From contig JAFQSA010000010.1 in NCBI GenBank assembly GCA_017409765.1, forward strand, positions 1,712-65,711: DNA of 64,000 bases, given 5' to 3'. The first letter of the stretch is position 1; every line of letters begins with the position of its first letter. This stretch comes from Clostridia bacterium (GTDB taxonomy: Bacteria > Bacillota > Clostridia > Christensenellales > CAG-314). The notes under the pieces were generated by a model. It worked only from the letters and a program-made list of their open reading frames with translations. It did not search any database and was not told where the DNA came from. This document shows, in pieces, positions 9,437-17,402 of this stretch. Made by a program: the position numbers and the translations under genes.

Positions 9437-9512
9437 GCGCCTGTAGTCTAACTGGATAAAACAGGGCCCTCCGACGGCCCCGTTCTGGGTTCAAGTCCTA
9501 GCAGACGCACCA
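9437..9512 (+). tRNA. tRNA-Arg (anticodon CCG), CCA encoded
   Basis: Hand-folded cloverleaf. The anticodon stem pairs GGGCC with GGCCC around the loop CTCCGAC. The T arm pairs CTGGG with CCTAG around TTCAAGT. Two C.A mismatches (4:69 and 12:23) lower confidence. Confidence 0.75.
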
Positions 9513-9519
9513 ATAAAAT

Positions 9520-9552
9520 AAGGCATACCAACTATATGGTGTGCCTTTTTTT
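9520..9552 (+). terminator. Intrinsic terminator
   Basis: AAGGCATACCA-ACTATA-TGGTGTGCCTT followed by a T-run. Confidence 0.8.
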
Positions 9553-9593
9553 CGTGGATACGTGGTGTTTTTTTGAAAAATTTTGCCTTTATA

Positions 9594-9620
9594 GGCGGGA
9601 GGGGTACCCCATCCCCTACG
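9594..9620 (+). repeat. REP-like hairpin ending in CCCTACG
   Basis: The sequence is GGCGGGAGGGGTACCCCATCCCCTACG. Confidence 0.7.
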
Positions 9621-9723
9621 GTAGTTGCGTTACAGTTTGACAGGTTGAATTGCACCTAACTTTGCGGAAATTTTGTTGATAATTTTCCAATTGTGAACTG
9701 AACACTTCCACTTGCGAACAGGT

Positions 9724-10545
9724 TTAGTAGCCCAAGGTTTCAGCAACGCGCTTTGCAAAGGTTTCGATACAAACGTAGTAGATAACGAAAAATACCGTCA
9801 TGATTAGTCCGCGCGCCCAGCCCCAAACAAACCAAGAGCCAATGGTAAAGATAAGCGGTACGCTAAACGCGATGGCAATGGACAGTTTGTTTTGGAAAAC
9901 GATAAGTGCAATCAAATACAACACAAAACCAACAATAACCATCACAATACCCAAAACAAAGGTCAAGCCGATGGATGGCAGTTTGGTAACGTTGTCCATT
10001 GGGTTGTCGTCCGTGGCATCGCCACTAACGTCGTTGACGTAGACATAGCATTTGATAACCGTTTCAAACTCTTGGTAGAAGAAAAAGTGTTTTACGCCAT
10101 TTTCGTCCAAGTAGAAATTGTCGCCATACTGACCAGTTGTGTAGTCGTAGGGGCGCTCGGCAGTTGGGTTGTACTTTTTCTTTTCCAACTCGATTGTGAA
10201 GTAGTTTTTGTCCGCTGTGGGCGCAACGTCTTCGGGGATGATGCCGGTAAAGGTTGTTTGATAAGTTTTGAGATTGCTACCCTTGTAGGTGGGCATCCAA
10301 GTTTTGATCTTGATGCTGTTTGCCGTAGATAGGTCAAATTGCGCAGGGTCTACGTAGTACTTGAGCACCCAGTAGTGTTTGTTGTCGGAACTTTCCTTGC
10401 CGGGGACAATCTTTTCCGTGATATCCGGAATGCCCACGATGGAGTTTTGGATTTCAATTTGCAATTGGTTTTGACAACTTGCAAATGCAAAGGTGGATGC
10501 AAACAGCACAAATATGAAAATTAGCAAAAGAACTTTTTTGTTCAT
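9724..10545 (-). CDS. Putative lipoprotein with a C-terminal multi-TM anchor, unknown function
   Basis: Start MNKK follows GGAG. The signal peptide ends in the lipobox FAFASC, and the C-terminal ~90 aa form 3 TM helices. Confidence 0.7.
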   Translation of the reverse strand: MNKKVLLLIFIFVLFASTFAFASCQNQLQIEIQNSIVGIPDITEKIVPGKESSDNKHYWVLKYYVDPAQFDLSTANSIKIKTWMPTYKGSNLKTYQTTFTGIIPEDVAPTADKNYFTIELEKKKYNPTAERPYDYTTGQYGDNFYLDENGVKHFFFYQEFETVIKCYVYVNDVSGDATDDNPMDNVTKLPSIGLTFVLGIVMVIVGFVLYLIALIVFQNKLSIAIAFSVPLIFTIGSWFVWGWARGLIMTVFFVIYYVCIETFAKRVAETLGY

Positions 10546-10654
10546 GATGATCTCCAAAGGATGTGTTTGAGTAGATTATATCACACAAAATTCAATAAAA
10601 CAACTTTATTGCAAAAAACAAAGACGAAAATATAGACTTTTTACAAGTTGTCTA

Positions 10655-10683
10655 TTGCAATTTGTGCAAAATGGTGGTACAAT
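10655..10683 (+). promoter_or_regulatory. Sigma-70-type promoter
   Basis: TTGCAA, a 17-nt spacer, then TACAAT. The predicted TSS falls at the first base of the 21-nt inverted repeat. Confidence 0.6.
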
Positions 10684-10689
10684 AACATT

Positions 10690-10857
10690 GCTACACAAAA
10701 CCAAATAAATCGTTTTAGGGATAAGGGTCCTTTTTATGTAAAGGGATATTATACCCTTTTTTGGCAACACTTTCTTCATAGAATTTGGCAAAATCGCAAA
10801 TTCCAACGGATGAAAGTGTGGCTAAACCCATATCCTATTTATCTGGTTTTGTGTAGC
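10690..10857 (+). promoter_or_regulatory. 168-nt stem-closed structured leader (or MITE) of unknown class
   Basis: The 21-nt arms GCTACACAAAACCAAATAAAT (10690..10710) and ATTTATCTGGTTTTGTGTAGC (10837..10857) are complementary with one mismatch. There is an internal helix ACACTTTC/GAAAGTGT. Confidence 0.5.
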
Positions 10858-10880
10858 GACAATCGGAGTTTGCGTTTGCG

Positions 10881-10915
10881 GTGCGTCGACTTCGGTTGGC
10901 GCACTTTTTTATTTT
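10881..10915 (+). terminator. Intrinsic terminator directly upstream of an RBS (attenuator-like)
   Basis: GTGCGTCGAC-TTCG-GTTGGCGCAC followed by T6ATTTT, then AGGAGG and ATG 10929. Confidence 0.8.
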
Positions 10916-10928
10916 AGGAGGAAAAATT

Positions 10929-11348
10929 ATGTTTGACAACATCGGAGGAAAAATCAAGGGGTTCGCATCCTTTTTAACTTGGGTAGGCATTATTGTTTCA
11001 GTAATTGTAGGTATTATTTATATCTCAAATGACAATGTTGGGATTGGCATATTGATAATAGCAATTGGAAGTCTATCCTCATGGCTTTCATCATGGTTAC
11101 TTTATGGTTTTGGCGAACTCATCGAAAATTCAAGTATAATTGCGGAAAATACAAGCTTCAATAAAAATATTACACCTAATCATAGCAACGCAAAAGTACC
11201 GCCATATAGCTCAAACAGTTTTGGTTCACAATCACAAACCCCATCCATTTTTAGCACACAACAAAGTAAAAAAATATGTCCACATTGTGGCGCTACACTT
11301 AAACCATACAGTAAAACTTGTGAGATGTGTGGAAAAACGATTAAATAA
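10929..11348 (+). CDS. Membrane protein with a C-terminal zinc ribbon, unknown function
   Basis: AGGAGG RBS, two TM helices, and a C-terminal CPHCG...CEMCG motif. Confidence 0.7.
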   Translation: MFDNIGGKIKGFASFLTWVGIIVSVIVGIIYISNDNVGIGILIIAIGSLSSWLSSWLLYGFGELIENSSIIAENTSFNKNITPNHSNAKVPPYSSNSFGSQSQTPSIFSTQQSKKICPHCGATLKPYSKTCEMCGKTIK

Positions 11349-11350
11349 CA

Positions 11351-11386
11351 AAAAAATCTCATCTGTCAAAAGATGAGATTTTTTGT
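11351..11386. terminator. Bidirectional intrinsic terminator
   Basis: AAATCTCATCT-GTCAAA-AGATGAGATTT flanked by A- and T-runs, between convergent genes. Confidence 0.85.
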
Positions 11387-11410
11387 TTTATATACGCATT
11401 AAAATCCCCA

Positions 11411-12283
11411 CTACTTTCCCTTGACACGTTTGAAGTTGCCGATGGTTTGGTTTACGCGGGACACAAAGGAAAATGTGTCGGGGTACTTGGCAAGGATACG
11501 CTCGAGGTCTGCCACTTGGTGCTTGTTGATGATGCACACAAGCATTTGCAAATCGGTGTGAGAGTACATACCGCGTGCGTTGACTTCCGTAACGGAGTGA
11601 TGAAGGTTGTCGATGATATCTTGGGAGATTTCGTCGGCATACTTTGTGATGATTTCCACCTTGACAGCGCGCTTGTCCGCTTTGAGCATGGAGTCGCTGA
11701 CAGTTACGGACATAAAACTGTACAAAATGCACAAAATTACTGGGTCCATGGCAAAGTCGTACACAAAGTAGCTGGAAATTGCCACGGCAACGTTCATGAT
11801 AAAAATTAGGTGCACAATGCTGGAATTGGGCTTGAAGTAGTTGTAGATACGCGCAATAACGTCCGTGCCACCTGTTGATGCGTTGACGCGCATTGTCAAA
11901 GCCGTTACAAAACCGGTTACAACGCCACCTGCAATGGGTGCAAGCAATGGCGAGATGTGTGTTTCGTAAATAAATGGCTCCAACACTTTGGATTCCTTCC
12001 AAACAAGCAATGCAACGGAAAAGGTTACGGAAAACAAAAAGGACTTGATTGCGTACTCCTTGTCGCACAGCAAAAATGCCACAACGCAAAGTGGGATGTT
12101 GATGATAAGTGACAAGTAACCAACGGAAAAGCCCAGTTTGTACTGAATCATCGTGGCAATACCATTGATGCCTGATGGAGCAAATTGGTTACTGAAAATG
12201 AATATTTCGTAGGACAAACTGTGCAACAGGCCCAGCGCCACTACTATGATACAATCGCGAATAAATTTCCAAGTGATTTTCAT
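11411..12283 (-). CDS. YitT family membrane protein (DUF2179 C-terminal domain)
   Basis: 290 aa, containing STGGTD and a C-terminal soluble domain typical of YitT. Confidence 0.8.
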   Translation of the reverse strand: MKITWKFIRDCIIVVALGLLHSLSYEIFIFSNQFAPSGINGIATMIQYKLGFSVGYLSLIINIPLCVVAFLLCDKEYAIKSFLFSVTFSVALLVWKESKVLEPFIYETHISPLLAPIAGGVVTGFVTALTMRVNASTGGTDVIARIYNYFKPNSSIVHLIFIMNVAVAISSYFVYDFAMDPVILCILYSFMSVTVSDSMLKADKRAVKVEIITKYADEISQDIIDNLHHSVTEVNARGMYSHTDLQMLVCIINKHQVADLERILAKYPDTFSFVSRVNQTIGNFKRVKGK

Positions 12284-12313
12284 AAGTGTGTAGAAAAATT
12301 TAGTGTTTGTTGT

Positions 12314-12520
12314 GCGGGGAAAAGCCCCTGCGATTGGGTGTTTTTGGATTTGTAGGGGGGGATATCATCCTCCCGTTGAAATTGATGTGCGGGCAGTAGA
12401 GTTACACAAGCCCTACAATTTAGTCGGCGGGAGCAAGCCACCCGCCCTACGACGGAATTATTGTTAGTTAATCAAATTGGTATTAACATGCGGGCGGATA
12501 TGGAATCCGCCCCTACGATT
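12314..12520. repeat. Cluster of five REP-like hairpins in mixed orientation (BIME-like)
   Basis: Copies at 12314..12337, 12352..12375 (GTAG first), 12389..12418, 12426..12452 and 12490..12520. Confidence 0.8.
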
Positions 12521-12527
12521 TGGTTGG

Positions 12528-12878
12528 TTATTGATTGATAACGGTGATATTTAGTTGCTCTTTGAACTCCTCAAAGCAATCTGAGCAGATCCAACAGTAA
12601 AAGTCTTCGGTGCAGTAAACTACGCAGTTATTTTCGGTAGTTATTTTGTCTGTGCAAAAGTCGCAATGTTCGTGCCAAAACTCGTGCAATAATTCTTCCG
12701 TGAGAAATTCCTGCCCACGGTTGAATGTTTCAACAAAATTTTGGGCAGAACTTTGCACCATTTGATAAAATGCATTTTTGGTTTGCAAAGAGATTTGCCA
12801 AAACTCTGGAAATTGAATTTTGAGAACTTTTTTGTTTTTCCAAAAGGAATCTTGACCAGCAGCTAACTTCCAGTTCAT
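12528..12878 (-). CDS. Hypothetical Cys-rich protein
   Basis: 116-aa ORF with a GAGGT RBS and a C-terminal HEHCDFC...CWICSDC segment. Confidence 0.6.
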   Translation of the reverse strand: MNWKLAAGQDSFWKNKKVLKIQFPEFWQISLQTKNAFYQMVQSSAQNFVETFNRGQEFLTEELLHEFWHEHCDFCTDKITTENNCVVYCTEDFYCWICSDCFEEFKEQLNITVINQ

Positions 12879-12955
12879 GTTTATTACCTCGCAACAATAT
12901 TAAGTCCACATGGTTGAGAAAACCCATCCAATACTTAAAAGCATAATTCATATTT

Positions 12956-13072
12956 GCCTCCCTTGTGTAAAGGGAGGTGCCGAGTTAACACGAGGCGGAG
13001 GGATTGTACTAAAGGCTATTTACCAATCCCTCAGTCGCCTACGGCGCCAGCTCCCTTTACACAAGGGAGCCC
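12956..13072. repeat. Palindromic MITE-like element (family A)
   Basis: Its ~50-nt arms are inverted copies of each other around GGAGGGATTG...CAATCCCTC. Each arm carries a hairpin CCTCCCTT-N6-AAGGGAGG. The left arm is 49/51 identical to the copy at 19108. Confidence 0.8.
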
Positions 13073-13133
13073 TTTATCAAGGTTAAACTTTGAATTGTGG
13101 TAGGAGAACCATCCGCCCTACGATTTTGTAAAA

Positions 13134-15749
13134 CTATGCTTTTAGTTCGGCAAGGCGCTCTTGAAGTTGAGAAAGAAGTTCCTCGTACTTGGCAAGTTTT
13201 GCCTTTTCCGCTTCAATAAGTTGTGCAGGTGCTTTGGCAACAAAACCTTGGTTGGAAAGTTTGCCACGTGCGCGTGCAATTTCGCTTTGAACCTTTTCGA
13301 TTTCCTTGGAAACGCGTTCAATTTCCTTGTCGGCATCCACCAAGTCGCCAAGTGGAACAAGGCAAGTTGCACTGTTTGTTACCGCTTTGACAACCTTTTC
13401 CGTACTTGGTGCGTCGCCAAAGATAACTTCCTCCAAGTTGCAAAGTTTTGCAAGGTACACGTCGCACTCCTTCAAGCGCTCGTCATTTACAAGCAAGTAC
13501 ATACGGATGCGTTTGCTTGGGATAACGCCGTACTCAACGCGGATGTTACGGATTTTGGAAATGAGTTCCTTTAGTTGTTCAACAAGTTCGTGATCGCCCA
13601 AGAAGTTGAGTTCTTCGCAGAAAGTTGGGTAACGTTCTACCATGATGCTTTCCGCATGGTTGGGCAAATCTTGATAGATTTTTTCCGTAATGAAAGGTAC
13701 AAATGGGTGCAAAAGTTTCAAAATCTTGTCCAACGTGTACACCAGTACGGAAAGGGTGTCACGACGAGCAATTTCGTCTGTGCCGTACAAAACTGGTTTT
13801 GTAAGCTCGATGTACCAATCGCAGAACTCGCTCCAAACAAAGTCGAACAATGTTTGGCAAGCCATACCAAGTTCATACTTTTCCATAAGTTCGGTAACGG
13901 TTTTGATTGTTTGGTTGAGTTTTGTCAAAATCCACTTGTCTGCCAACGTGAGTTTTGCCTCAGTGATGTCTACAAGTTGTTTGTCTTCGCAGTTCATAAG
14001 AACAAAACGGCTTGCGTTCCAAACCTTGTTCATAAAGTTGCGAGTGCCGTCAATCTTGTCGGAACTAAAACGCATGTCGCTACCATTTGCAACACCGTTG
14101 ATGAGTGCAAAACGAAGTGTATCTGCGCCGTACTTGTCGATAAACTCAACTGGGTCAACACCGTTGCCCAAAGATTTACTCATCTTGCGACCTTGTTCGT
14201 CACGTACGATACCGTGCATCAAAACGTGCTTGAATGGGATGCTACCTGTGTTGTACAAGGAACTGAAAATCATACGAGCAACCCAGAAGAAGATGATGTC
14301 GTAGCCACAAGCAAGTACGCTTGTAGGGAAAAATGCGTTGTAGTCTGGAGCGCCTACGCCACCAAGTGTGGAGAAGGGCCAAAGTGCGCTACTGAACCAA
14401 GTGTCGAGAACGTCCTCGTCTTGGTGGATGTTTGTGCTACCGCAATGTGGACAACTTGTTGGGTCCGTTTCTTGGCAGATTTCCGCACCGCAATCGGGGC
14501 AGTACCAAACAGGGATGCGGTGTCCCCACCAAAGTTGACGGGAAATACACCAGTCGCGGATGTTTTCCATCCAGTTGAAGTAGGTGTTTTCGTAGCGTTT
14601 TGGGTGGAAGGTGATGTCGCCATTTTTAACTGCTGCCAAAGCAGGCTCAGCAAGTGGCTTCATCTTTACAAACCATTGTTTGGAAACAATTGGCTCAACA
14701 GTTGTGTGACAACGGTAGCAACTGCCAACGTTGTGCGCGTGTGGAACAACCTTTTGCAAAATGCCCATCTCTTGCAGTTTTGCAACAATTTGCTTGCGCG
14801 CTTCGTAGCGGTCAAGTCCGGCAAACTCCCCTGCAAGTTCGTTCATTGTGCCGTCGTCGTTCATAACGCGGATAACTGGAAGATTGTGACGCTTGCCCAC
14901 TTCGAAGTCGTTAGGGTCGTGTGCAGGAGTGATTTTTACAACACCTGTACCAAATTCCATATCAACGTACTCGTCGGCAATAACGGGGATTTCGCGGTTG
15001 ACAAAGGGCACTACCACAGTTTTGCCTACAAGGTGTGTGTAGCGTGGGTCGTTGGGGTTAACTGCAACGGCTGTGTCGCCCAACATTGTTTCTGGACGGG
15101 TGGTTGCAAACGTAACAGTTTCGCTTCCGTCTGGTGTACTGTAACCATAGTGCCAAAAGAAACCATCTTGTTCGGCATACTCTACTTCGGCATCACTAAG
15201 CGCAGTTTTGCAAACTGGGCACCAGTTGATGATGCGGTCGCCACGGTAAATCAGGCCATCGTTGTACATTTTTACAAATGCTTTTCGCACTTCCTTGGAG
15301 CACTTTTCGTCCATGGTAAATGCAAGACGGGACCAGTCGCAACTGCTACCCAAGGATTTGAGTTGCTCGACAATTCTGCCACCGTATTGCGCTTTCCACT
15401 CCCATGCCTTTCCCAAGAAGCCTTCGCGTCCCAAGTCGCGCTTGTCGATGCCTTGTTTTTTCAAGTTTTCCACAATTTTAACTTCGGTTGCGATACTTGC
15501 GTGGTCGGTACCGGGGAGCCACAATGTGTTGAAACCTTGCATGCGCTTGAAGCGAACAAGAGAGTCTTGGATGGCGTTATCAAGGCCGTGACCAAGGTGC
15601 AATTGACCTGTGATGTTTGGTGGAGGAGCAACCATCGAGAAGTATGGTTGACCGGGCTTTGCTTCGGGTGTGAAGTAGCCTTGTTGCATCCACCATTGGT
15701 AGAGATCTTTTTCGAATAAATTAGGTTGGTAACTTTTTTCCATTTTCAT
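13134..15749 (-). CDS. valS: Valine--tRNA ligase
   Basis: Start MKMEKS follows GGAGAA. It contains the GQLHLGHG and KMSKSLGN class-I motifs and a C-terminal coiled coil. Confidence 0.95.
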   Translation of the reverse strand: MKMEKSYQPNLFEKDLYQWWMQQGYFTPEAKPGQPYFSMVAPPPNITGQLHLGHGLDNAIQDSLVRFKRMQGFNTLWLPGTDHASIATEVKIVENLKKQGIDKRDLGREGFLGKAWEWKAQYGGRIVEQLKSLGSSCDWSRLAFTMDEKCSKEVRKAFVKMYNDGLIYRGDRIINWCPVCKTALSDAEVEYAEQDGFFWHYGYSTPDGSETVTFATTRPETMLGDTAVAVNPNDPRYTHLVGKTVVVPFVNREIPVIADEYVDMEFGTGVVKITPAHDPNDFEVGKRHNLPVIRVMNDDGTMNELAGEFAGLDRYEARKQIVAKLQEMGILQKVVPHAHNVGSCYRCHTTVEPIVSKQWFVKMKPLAEPALAAVKNGDITFHPKRYENTYFNWMENIRDWCISRQLWWGHRIPVWYCPDCGAEICQETDPTSCPHCGSTNIHQDEDVLDTWFSSALWPFSTLGGVGAPDYNAFFPTSVLACGYDIIFFWVARMIFSSLYNTGSIPFKHVLMHGIVRDEQGRKMSKSLGNGVDPVEFIDKYGADTLRFALINGVANGSDMRFSSDKIDGTRNFMNKVWNASRFVLMNCEDKQLVDITEAKLTLADKWILTKLNQTIKTVTELMEKYELGMACQTLFDFVWSEFCDWYIELTKPVLYGTDEIARRDTLSVLVYTLDKILKLLHPFVPFITEKIYQDLPNHAESIMVERYPTFCEELNFLGDHELVEQLKELISKIRNIRVEYGVIPSKRIRMYLLVNDERLKECDVYLAKLCNLEEVIFGDAPSTEKVVKAVTNSATCLVPLGDLVDADKEIERVSKEIEKVQSEIARARGKLSNQGFVAKAPAQLIEAEKAKLAKYEELLSQLQERLAELKA

Positions 15750-16040
15750 AGGTGTTGTTCTCCTAAATAGTTTTTCGTAAACAAAAAATGCGACTACACC
15801 CTTGTCTAAAGGGCGAAGTCGCAGTCGCTGTACCACCTTTGTTCGTTGCTTTGCGTGTGCAAAACAACCTCGTTGGCCTGTAACGGGGCTAATCCGTGCG
15901 GTGGTACTTTCGAAAAATTCGCCGTTTCCCATCGCAGACATCAACAAACTACACCACTTGCACTTGCTTTGCGGAATTTTCACCGTAGTCCGCTCTCTAC
16001 AAAAGCAGTTTGCATTGGCCTTTTGTCTTGCCGTCATTGA
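15750..16040 (-). promoter_or_regulatory. T-box leader (valine-specific)
   Basis: It has AGAGAG and GGTGAAA stem-I elements and a specifier-loop region AAGUGCAAGUGGUGU rich in GUG. The T-box sequence AACAAAGGTGGTACAGCGA lies at 15843..15825. The terminator GCGACTTCGCCC-N9-GGGTGTAGTCGC-AT6 lies at 15823..15782. Confidence 0.85.
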
Positions 16041-16044
16041 CCAA

Positions 16045-16073
16045 ATTATACATCAGTTGCTTTTATTTGGCAA
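16045..16073 (-). promoter_or_regulatory. Promoter of the valS T-box leader
   Basis: On the minus strand: TTGCCA, a 17-nt spacer, then TATAAT. Confidence 0.7.
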
Positions 16074-16191
16074 GTAAATTACAGCAAAAATAGGAGCATT
16101 TGCCACAAAATTTGCCCGACATCATACTTTGTATGACAAGTTAGAAAAGATGTTGCACTTTTGCAACACCCAATCGTTAGTCACAAAAAAA

Positions 16192-16217
16192 CGGGAGGGG
16201 CAACCCCTCCCCTACGA
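16192..16217 (+). repeat. REP-like hairpin
   Basis: The sequence is CGGGAGGGGCAACCCCTCCCCTACGA, identical to the copies at 18991 and 48212. Confidence 0.8.
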
Positions 16218-16388
16218 TATCGGTAATCCCTTGAAAATCAAAAAAACTCCAAACCACTTGCATTTGCAGTTGGGGCGTTTTGTGAAAGCTGATATTTGGT
16301 AGTCTATTTGTATGTCAACAAAGATGTGCACTTGTAACACTTTTGCGCAAAAACAAATAGTATAAAACATACCAATTAGGAGGTATCA

Positions 16389-17384
16389 ATGAAAAGAGTT
16401 TTTACAATGGGATTGCTTGTCGTGCTGTGCTTGGTGCTGTGCTGTGGATTTGTTTTGACAGGTTGCAACAACACAAACGACAACAAAATTAGGCTTTGCG
16501 AGGTTACTCACAGTTTGTTCTACACACCGCAATACCTTGCTATGGCGCTTGGCTACTTCGAGGAAGAGGGACTAGAGGTGGAACTTTCCAACGGTGGCGG
16601 AGCGGACAACGTGATGACGGCACTTTTGACAAAGGAAGCGGACATCGGCTTGATGGGTTGCGAGGCAAGTATTTACGTGTATCTTCAAGGCAAAAAAGAC
16701 TATCCAAAGGTTGTTGGACAACTGACAAAACGCGATGGTAGTTTTTTGGTTGCGAGGGAAAAAATGGTCAACTTCGACTACTCCAACATGGAGGGCAAAA
16801 CTGTGTTGATGGGCCGTACGGGTGGCATGCCCGCCATGATTTTGCAGTACGTTTTGAACAACAAAGGGTACGTAAACGGCACAAACATCACAATGGACTA
16901 CACCATCCAATTTAGCGCGCTTGCACCTGCCTTTACTGGCGGAAATGGCGACTACGTACCACTTTTTGAGCCGGTTGCAAGCCAACTGGAGATGGAAGGA
17001 AAGGGCTACATTGTTTCGGCAATTGGTCACGACAGCGGGGAAATCCCCTACACCTGCTACACGGCAAGCCAAGAGTTTATCAGCAAAAAATCCGACAAAT
17101 TGGAAAAGTTTTTGCGCGCCGTTTGGAAGGGTGTAGACTACGTAAACACACACTCGGCAAGCGACTGTGCCAAACTTGTTGCGCCCTACTTTGAAGGCAC
17201 AAATTTGGATTTGCTAACACGCGCCATCCAAAACTACAAAACGTACGACATGTGGATGACAACCCCCGTCACAAGCGTTGATGGGTTTGAGCGCATCCAA
17301 CAAATCATGAAAAACGCAGGAGAACTTAAAGTAGACGTACCATACGATGCTATCGTCGATAACAAGGTGGCAAACAAAATTTAG
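16389..17384 (+). CDS. ABC transporter substrate-binding lipoprotein (NMT1/THI5-like, NitT/TauT family)
   Basis: AGGAGG RBS, lipobox LTGC, and adjacent ATPase and permease genes. Confidence 0.8.
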   Translation: MKRVFTMGLLVVLCLVLCCGFVLTGCNNTNDNKIRLCEVTHSLFYTPQYLAMALGYFEEEGLEVELSNGGGADNVMTALLTKEADIGLMGCEASIYVYLQGKKDYPKVVGQLTKRDGSFLVAREKMVNFDYSNMEGKTVLMGRTGGMPAMILQYVLNNKGYVNGTNITMDYTIQFSALAPAFTGGNGDYVPLFEPVASQLEMEGKGYIVSAIGHDSGEIPYTCYTASQEFISKKSDKLEKFLRAVWKGVDYVNTHSASDCAKLVAPYFEGTNLDLLTRAIQNYKTYDMWMTTPVTSVDGFERIQQIMKNAGELKVDVPYDAIVDNKVANKI

Positions 17385-17402
17385 CCCTTTTGGGGGAACA
17401 AA

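Noticed and set aside
12314-12520. REP clusters (also 26976..27192) considered as possible degenerate CRISPR arrays.
   Set aside because: The units occur in both orientations and with irregular spacing of 15-50 nt. The sequences differ between units, and there is no leader or cas gene.
15750-16037. 96-codon N-terminal extension of the valS ORF in the track.
   Set aside because: The region is the T-box leader, with stem I, the T-box sequence and a terminator. The true start is ATG 15749, which has a GGAGAA RBS.
16080-16388. I looked for a TPP riboswitch upstream of the NMT1/THI5-like ABC importer, as would fit a ThiY-type HMP uptake system.
   Set aside because: No GGGGUGC or CUGAGA blocks are present. 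The region holds only a REP hairpin and AT-rich sequence.
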